Source: Candidatus Dormiibacterota bacterium
GTDB lineage: Bacteria > Chloroflexota > Dormibacteria > Aeolococcales > Aeolococcaceae
Direction of reading: 5' to 3'
Length of the DNA: 64,000 nt
Assembly (NCBI GenBank): GCA_963709585.1
Contig: CAVPXI010000014.1
Coordinates: forward strand, 192,001 to 256,000
The notes under the pieces were generated by a model. That model was given only the letters and a program-made list of their open reading frames with translations. It did not search any database and was not told the origin of the DNA. The translations under genes were made by a program, and so were the position numbers. Positions within the stretch are counted from its first letter, which is position 1. The number at the start of each line of letters is the position of its first letter. Below are positions 58,595 to 64,000 of this stretch, in pieces.

Positions 58595-60420
58595 TACTTC
58601 TTCTTCCTGGCGGTGCGGCCGGCGGGCGCCGGCTCGGTCAGATACCCCTTGGGGAGCTTGGCGGGATCGTAGAATCGGCTGCGCTCGAGGAGGAGACGGA
58701 GGTGATCGGGCAGAGGGGTGAGCGGTACGCTGACGACCTGCATCGCGTCGCCGCCGCGGCGGGTCACGAAGTTGACCTTGCCGAACGCCACCTCCTGCTC
58801 GAGGTGATCGAAGCGCCACTGCGAGCCCCGGCTCTCGCGCCGTTCAATCGCGCCGCGGACGATCGCCTCGGAGATCACCAGCATGTTGGAGACGTCGCGA
58901 CACGTGTGCCAGCCGGGGTTGAGCGCGCGACCACCGGAGACGCGGATGCGGGCGCTTCGCTCACGGAGCGAGAGGATTGCGCCGAGCGCGCGCTGCAACG
59001 ACTCCTCGCTGCGCCCGATGCCCGCATCGTCCTGCATCGCCAGCTGCAGGTCCTCGTGCAGCTTGTATGGGTTCTCAGCAGGCGCCGAGCCGTTGGCATC
59101 GCCGCCGAGCGGCCGGAGCAGGTCCGCTTGCTCGGTCGCGATCTGCGCCTCGTCGATGGCCCGGGTCGCTCCGGTCGTTCGGGCGTACTCGGCGGCGGCA
59201 TCGCCCGCGCGCCGCCCGAAGACGAGAATGTCGCCGAGCGAATTCCCGCCGAGACGGTTGGCGCCGTGCAGACCTCCGGCCGCCTCGCCGGCGGCGTACA
59301 GCCCGGGCAGCGTCGTCGCCGCGGTCTCGGGATCGACGCGCACACCGCCCATCGTGTAGTGGATCGTCGGACCCACCTCCATTGGCTGGCTGGTGATGTC
59401 GATCGATGCAAGCGCGTGGAACTGCTCGTACATCGACGGCAACTTGCGCTTGATGTAGTCGGCGCCGAGATGGCGCACGTCGAGGTACACACCGCCGTGG
59501 GGCGTGCCGCGACCGGCCTGCACCTCCTTGTAGATCGAGCGTGCCACGACATCGCGCGACGACAGCTCTTTCTTGACCGGGTCGTAGTCGAGCATGAAAC
59601 GGCTCCCCTCGGCGTTGAAGAGGAGGCCACCCTCACCGCGCACCGCCTCGGTCACGAGGATCCCGCGCGCGCCGGGTGGCCAGATCATGCCGGTGGGATG
59701 GAACTGCATGAACTCCATGTCGAGCAGATCGGCGCCGGCCTGGTATGCCATCGCTGCGCCATCGCCGGAACACTCCCAGGAGTTGGACGTGTAGCGAAAC
59801 ATCCGCCCCCATCCCCCACTGGCCAGCACGACCGCGCCGGCCTTGAACGCCACGAACGCTCCGGTGTTGCGGTTGTAACCGAAGGCACCGCACACCCGGT
59901 CACCGGACTTGAGCAGGGCGGTGAGCGTGTACTCCATGCACACGTCGACCCCCTGGGTGTGCACCATCCGGTCCTGGCAGGTGCGGATGAGCTCGAGACC
60001 GGTGCGATCGCCGACATGCGCGAGCCGCCTCCACGAGTGCGCGCCGAAGGCGCGCTGCATGATGAGCCCATCCTCGGTGCGATCGAAGATCCCACCCCAG
60101 CGCTCGAGCTCGAGGACGCGATCGATGACCTCGTGCGCGTAGAGCTCGACCATGCGCCAGTTGTTGATCAGCTGGCCGCCGAGCATCGTGTCCGCGAAGT
60201 GCACCTCCCAGCTATCCTCGGGGTCGAGATTGCCGATGCCCGCGGCGATGCCGCCCTCGGCCATGACGGTGTGGGCCTTGCCGAGCAGCGATTTGGTGAC
60301 GACGGTCACGCTGCAGCCGGCCTCCGCCGCGGCGATCGCCGCGCGCATGCCCGAACCGCCGGCTCCGACGACGAGCACGTCACATTCGATGGTGTCGTAT
60401 GGCTCGGGAGACCCTGCCAT
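58594..60420 (-). CDS. sdhA: Succinate dehydrogenase flavoprotein subunit
   Basis: VGAGGSG, KAHTVMAEGG (covalent FAD His), QFHPTG, EAVRGEG, HYTMGG, HGANRLGGNSL, ESRG. Confidence 0.96.
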   Translation of the reverse strand: MAGSPEPYDTIECDVLVVGAGGSGMRAAIAAAEAGCSVTVVTKSLLGKAHTVMAEGGIAAGIGNLDPEDSWEVHFADTMLGGQLINNWRMVELYAHEVIDRVLELERWGGIFDRTEDGLIMQRAFGAHSWRRLAHVGDRTGLELIRTCQDRMVHTQGVDVCMEYTLTALLKSGDRVCGAFGYNRNTGAFVAFKAGAVVLASGGWGRMFRYTSNSWECSGDGAAMAYQAGADLLDMEFMQFHPTGMIWPPGARGILVTEAVRGEGGLLFNAEGSRFMLDYDPVKKELSSRDVVARSIYKEVQAGRGTPHGGVYLDVRHLGADYIKRKLPSMYEQFHALASIDITSQPMEVGPTIHYTMGGVRVDPETAATTLPGLYAAGEAAGGLHGANRLGGNSLGDILVFGRRAGDAAAEYARTTGATRAIDEAQIATEQADLLRPLGGDANGSAPAENPYKLHEDLQLAMQDDAGIGRSEESLQRALGAILSLRERSARIRVSGGRALNPGWHTCRDVSNMLVISEAIVRGAIERRESRGSQWRFDHLEQEVAFGKVNFVTRRGGDAMQVVSVPLTPLPDHLRLLLERSRFYDPAKLPKGYLTEPAPAGRTARKKK

Positions 60421-60421
60421 C

Positions 60422-61213
60422 TCAGAAGACGATGTGCGGGTCGATGAGGATCCCGGCGCGGAGCAGGTGGATGTAGACGTCGGTGATGACCACGCTGAAC
60501 ATGCTGCACCATGCCCAGAGCGGGTGGCGCTGGTTGAGCACGGTCACCCACTGCCACGCGCGGTAGCGCGCCTGGCCCAGCGTCGACTTCGAATAGCAGT
60601 CGAGCCCGCCGCCGACCAGGTGGCGCCACGAGTGGCAACCGAACGTGTAACCGCTGAGCAGGATGACGTTGACGAGCATGATGCCGGTACCGAGACCAAG
60701 CTGAACGTGGCCGTCGGGCGCCCAGAAGGCGAGGTACACGTCATACCAGAGGAAGCCCGTTACGATCAGCACCAGGTAGAAGAGGAAGCGGTGCAGGTTG
60801 TTGAGGAACAGCGGGAACGCCGTCTCACCGCGGTAGTTGCGGTGGCGGAGCTCCCCGACCGCGCACGACGGCGGGTCCCAGAAGAACGAGCGGTAGTACG
60901 CCTTGCGGTAGTAGTAGCAGGTGGCGCGAAACAGGAGCGGGGAGCCGAGCACCCACAGCGCCGGGCTGACCGGTCCGGTACTCCAGAGGGTCGGCGAGTA
61001 GAACGGTGAGAGATACGGACCGCTCTGGTTGATCCCGCCGGTCAGGAACGCGGTCCAGATCGAGTAGAGACCGAAGAGTCCGAGGACGGTGACGACCGTC
61101 GCCGGAAGCGCCCACCAGGGGAGCGAGTTTAGGATGCGCTCGATGTACCCGGGACCGCCGACAGCGGCGGTCGCGAGCGATGCGGGCGATACCTTGGTGA
61201 CATGGGTGGACAA
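60422..61213 (-). CDS. Succinate dehydrogenase membrane anchor, mycobacterial Sdh1 (Rv0249c)-like
   Basis: YLSPFYSP, FRATCYYYRKAYYRSF, NLHRF, YTFGCHSWRH, H..WAW; directly upstream of sdhA. Confidence 0.88.
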   Translation of the reverse strand: MSTHVTKVSPASLATAAVGGPGYIERILNSLPWWALPATVVTVLGLFGLYSIWTAFLTGGINQSGPYLSPFYSPTLWSTGPVSPALWVLGSPLLFRATCYYYRKAYYRSFFWDPPSCAVGELRHRNYRGETAFPLFLNNLHRFLFYLVLIVTGFLWYDVYLAFWAPDGHVQLGLGTGIMLVNVILLSGYTFGCHSWRHLVGGGLDCYSKSTLGQARYRAWQWVTVLNQRHPLWAWCSMFSVVITDVYIHLLRAGILIDPHIVF

Positions 61214-61257
61214 GCGATGACCATCCTAACCTCGAGGCTCGCGCACGCGACCTTTGG

Positions 61258-62631
61258 TCACCCGGGCGCGGCGAGGGCTCCCGCAGGCGCCTGACGGTCG
61301 GCGAGGGACATGCCGCCGAGGTCGGAGAGCACGTTGACGACATTGCCCACCACGAGCGTCGAGGGTGGCTCGAGGCGAGCCGCACGCGCCGCCGCGGCGA
61401 TGCTTCCGATCGGAGCGCGCACCACCTGCTGCTCCGCTGTGGTCGCCTGGGACACGATCGCCGCGGGCCGGTCGGGACCGAGCACCGCCGAGAGGCGTCC
61501 GGCGATGGCGTCGAGCTCGGCCGGCATCAGAACGACCAGGGTGTCGACGCTCTTCGCAAGTTCGTCGAACGCAGCCAGATCGCCACCCGCGCGGTGACCG
61601 GTCACGAAGGCGACCGACGCTGCGACGCCCCGATGGGTCACCGGTATCCCGGCCGACGCCGGAGCCGCAAGCGCCGCGCTCACACCGGGAATCACCCGAA
61701 CCGGGACTCCGGCACGTTGCAACGCCAGGACCTCCTCGCCACCCCGGCCGAAGAGGAACGGGTCGCCGCCTTTCAGGCGCACCACCAGGTCCCCGGCGCG
61801 AGCGGCGGCGATCATCGCGTCGTTGATGCCGGCCTGCGCCGCCGACCGGCGGCCCGAGCGTTTGCCGGCATCGACGAGGCGTGCGCGGGGGCCGCAGAGC
61901 CGCAGGACCTCGGGACCGATCAGCGCATCGTGAAACACGACGTCGGCGTCGGCGAGAACAGCCCGGGTACCCATGGTCAGCAGGTCCGGATCCCCTGGTC
62001 CCGCTCCGGCGAGGACGACCTCGCCCATCGGCACCCCGCGGTCGGTGGCGTGCGCGCTCTGCTCGATCGTCAGTGCCAGGGCGGCGGCGGCGTCCTGGCT
62101 GCCCTCATGAAGCATTCCGAGCGCCCGGGATCGGAGCAGCCGCCGGTAGGCGCGCTGCTGGGCATCGCCCGAAACCCCGGCCCGGCGCAGCCGGCGTCGC
62201 ATCCGCCCCGTCAATGTCGTGAAGGGCCCCCACTCCGCGCCGAGCATCGACTCGATGCGCTCCCGCAACGCGCGCGCAAGAAATGGGCTCTCGCCGGAGG
62301 TGGAGATCGCAACCTGGAGCGGACCGCGCCGCACGAGCGCGGGAGCGATCCAGTCGCACTGCGGGGTGACGTCGACGACGTTGAGGAGCACGCGCTCGCG
62401 GTCCGCCTCGGCGCGTGCGGCCCGCTGGCCGTCCGGATCGTCGCTCGCGTCGATCGCGAGGTACGCACCCACCAGGTCACCGGGCTGAAACCCGCGCCGG
62501 AGGTGGATGGCGCTTGCGCCGCTGGCGCGAAGGCCTGCGGCTTTCTCCTCGGCGAGCGGGGTGTTGCCGAGCACGACGCAGCGCCGCTCGTGGAGATCCA
62601 GGACGACCGGGTAGTAGGCGGCCGCTTTCAT
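61258..62631 (-). CDS. cysG: Siroheme synthase (dehydrogenase/chelatase plus uroporphyrinogen-III methyltransferase)
   Basis: YYPVVLDL, LLNVVD...CD, VAISTSGESP, GAGPGDPDLLT, VRLKGGDPFLFGRGGEE, PGVS, PVTHRG. Confidence 0.93.
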   Translation of the reverse strand: MKAAAYYPVVLDLHERRCVVLGNTPLAEEKAAGLRASGASAIHLRRGFQPGDLVGAYLAIDASDDPDGQRAARAEADRERVLLNVVDVTPQCDWIAPALVRRGPLQVAISTSGESPFLARALRERIESMLGAEWGPFTTLTGRMRRRLRRAGVSGDAQQRAYRRLLRSRALGMLHEGSQDAAAALALTIEQSAHATDRGVPMGEVVLAGAGPGDPDLLTMGTRAVLADADVVFHDALIGPEVLRLCGPRARLVDAGKRSGRRSAAQAGINDAMIAAARAGDLVVRLKGGDPFLFGRGGEEVLALQRAGVPVRVIPGVSAALAAPASAGIPVTHRGVAASVAFVTGHRAGGDLAAFDELAKSVDTLVVLMPAELDAIAGRLSAVLGPDRPAAIVSQATTAEQQVVRAPIGSIAAAARAARLEPPSTLVVGNVVNVLSDLGGMSLADRQAPAGALAAPG

Positions 62632-63372
62632 CACACGGCACCTTGCCGTGCGGGCACCTCCGCCGGCTCTGGAGCGCCCGCCACCTCGATCGGCGGATGC
62701 AGCAGGCACTCCTTGTGGGCATCGCTCTCCCACCACCAGCGGCCGGCGCGTTCCTGCTCCCCGGGTTGGGTCGCCCGGGTGCACGGAGCGCAGCCGATCG
62801 ACATGTAGCCGCGGTCGTACAGCGGATGATGAGGGATGCCGTGGTCGCGGAGGTAATCCCATACCTGCTCTCGAACTCCAGGACGCGAGCGGCACCACCT
62901 TGGTCATGCCCTCGTGCCCGGGATCGCTGGCGACCACCGGGGTCGCCGCGCGCGTCGGGGTCTGATCTCGGCGGAGTCCGGTGATCCACGCGTCGTACTC
63001 CTGCAGCGCCCGCGCCAGCGGGTTCACCTTGCGCACCGCGCAGCACTGGTTGCGCAACGCCACCGACTTGCGGAACGGCATGTCGCCGTGCTCCGAGGTC
63101 ATCGCCTCCAGCTCGTTTGATTCCGGGGCGAGGATGCGCAGGCGTATCGGGAACTGCTCGCGCACATATTCGATGTAGTCGTGCGTCTCTTCGTGCAGGC
63201 GCCCGGTGTCGAGCGTGAGCACCTCGGGCGCGGGGACGATCTTGCAGGCGAGATCGATCAGGACCATCAACTCGGCCTGGAAGCTGGCGACCAGCGCGAC
63301 GCGACCGAATCTCCGGTACGTCCACGCGAGGATGTCCTCGGCGGTCGCGTTCTGCAGGTCGGTTGCGTTCAC
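62631..63372 (-). CDS. cysH: APS/PAPS reductase, [4Fe-4S] APS-reductase type (+1 frameshift at 62873-62878)
   Basis: SFQAE, LDTGRL, CCAVRKV.PL, WITGLRRDQ; after correction HPLYDRGYMSIGCAPCT, RAGRWWWE, KEC.LH. Confidence 0.92.
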
Positions 63373-64000
63373 GCAGGCACCTCCACCAACGCGTGACGTT
63401 CGGCAAGCTGGGCGACGCCCTGGCGCCGGCACCAGTCGCCGAACCCCTCGCCGGGGAGCTGGGTGCGGGCGTACTCGAACAGCGGACCACGCAGTAGGTG
63501 TGGGATCTCCTCGAGCTTGACGTTGCGCATGTAGAGCTCGTTGAGGCGCGTGCCCTCGACGTCACCGCCGAGGAACATGTCGTATTTCCCAAGCGTCGTC
63601 CCGACGAACCCCACGTCGCCGAGATACGGCCTCGTGCAGCCGTTGGGGCAGCCGGTCATGCGGTAGCTGATGCGTTGATCCTCAACTCCTGCCTCGCGCT
63701 GGACCAGCGCGATCTCCCGGATCAGGCTCGGCATCGCCCGTTCCGACTCGGCGACCGCAAGCCCGCAGGTCGGGTATGCCGGGCACGCCATCGAATGCCG
63801 GATCGCGCTCGGCAGCGATTCCGACCGCGCCACCTCCCAGCGATCAAGGATGGTCGTGAACACCTTGCGGCCTGAATCGGTGAGATTGGTGATCAGGATG
63901 TTCTGCTGTGGCGTCAAGCGCAGCTCGGGCCGCAGCGTCTCGACGACCTCGCGCAACGCGGATCGCAGCCCGTCGTGGATGCGTCCGTTCTCGACGAAGA
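63369..64000 (-). CDS. cysI: Assimilatory sulfite reductase hemoprotein, C-terminal part (5' end outside window)
   Basis: FVENGRI, RLTPQQN, MACPAYPTCGLA..ESER, RMTGCPNGCTRPY. Confidence 0.9.
   Translation of the reverse strand, partial: FVENGRIHDGLRSALREVVETLRPELRLTPQQNILITNLTDSGRKVFTTILDRWEVARSESLPSAIRHSMACPAYPTCGLAVAESERAMPSLIREIALVQREAGVEDQRISYRMTGCPNGCTRPYLGDVGFVGTTLGKYDMFLGGDVEGTRLNELYMRNVKLEEIPHLLRGPLFEYARTQLPGEGFGDWCRRQGVAQLAERHALVEVPA

Noticed and set aside
58702-62808. Long antisense ORFs (e.g. 58702-60447, 61594-62808; also 8166-9551, 20362-21624, 46796-48112)
   Set aside because: Shadow frames opposite well-supported genes, expected in high-GC DNA, with no recognisable motifs.
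61258-63432. Apparent 724-aa CysH-CysG fusion protein
   Set aside because: Artefact of the +1 insertion at 62873. After repair cysH ends with its normal SIGC..CT/RWWWE/EC.LH tail at 62631 and cysG starts separately.

Overview
High-GC bacterial chromosome segment. A monoderm soil lineage (Actinomycetota/Chloroflexota/Dormibacterota-like) is inferred only from gene content: LLM/F420-type enzyme, actinobacterial-type 3-subunit SDH and apparent leaderless genes. (1) 1-~42,000 is a dense catabolic island, visibly less GC-rich than the right end, that lies 3' of tRNA-Ser(GGA) and runs off the left edge. It encodes an IclR regulator, two ThDP enzymes, a phosphotriesterase-like lactonase, an amidase, a peptide/opine-type ABC importer, cupins, VOC proteins, a flavoprotein, two CoA ligases, two class III CoA-transferases, two MmgE/PrpD proteins, four MaoC/hotdog proteins, a Cys-less thiolase with a DUF35 partner, acyl-CoA dehydrogenase, crotonase, a CitE-like lyase, a cyclic amidohydrolase, a cyclase, a triple-RidA protein and alpha/beta-hydrolases with His at the nucleophile elbow. 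Four of its promoters share one 13-bp operator. (2) 42,600-46,700 holds two divergent tRNA-Ser genes, an IS110 remnant and a secreted phosphoesterase. (3) 46,800-64,000 is core genome: ABC exporter, tadA, a CBS-fused DsrL/GltD-like Fe-S flavoprotein, nth, mdh, sdhAB plus anchor, cysG, cysH and a partial sulfite reductase. At least 10 frameshifts and about 5 missense changes fall on one duplex motif, GAGTC/GACTC. This is most simply read as a long-read base-calling fingerprint of a host DNA modification at GASTC rather than real pseudogenes.
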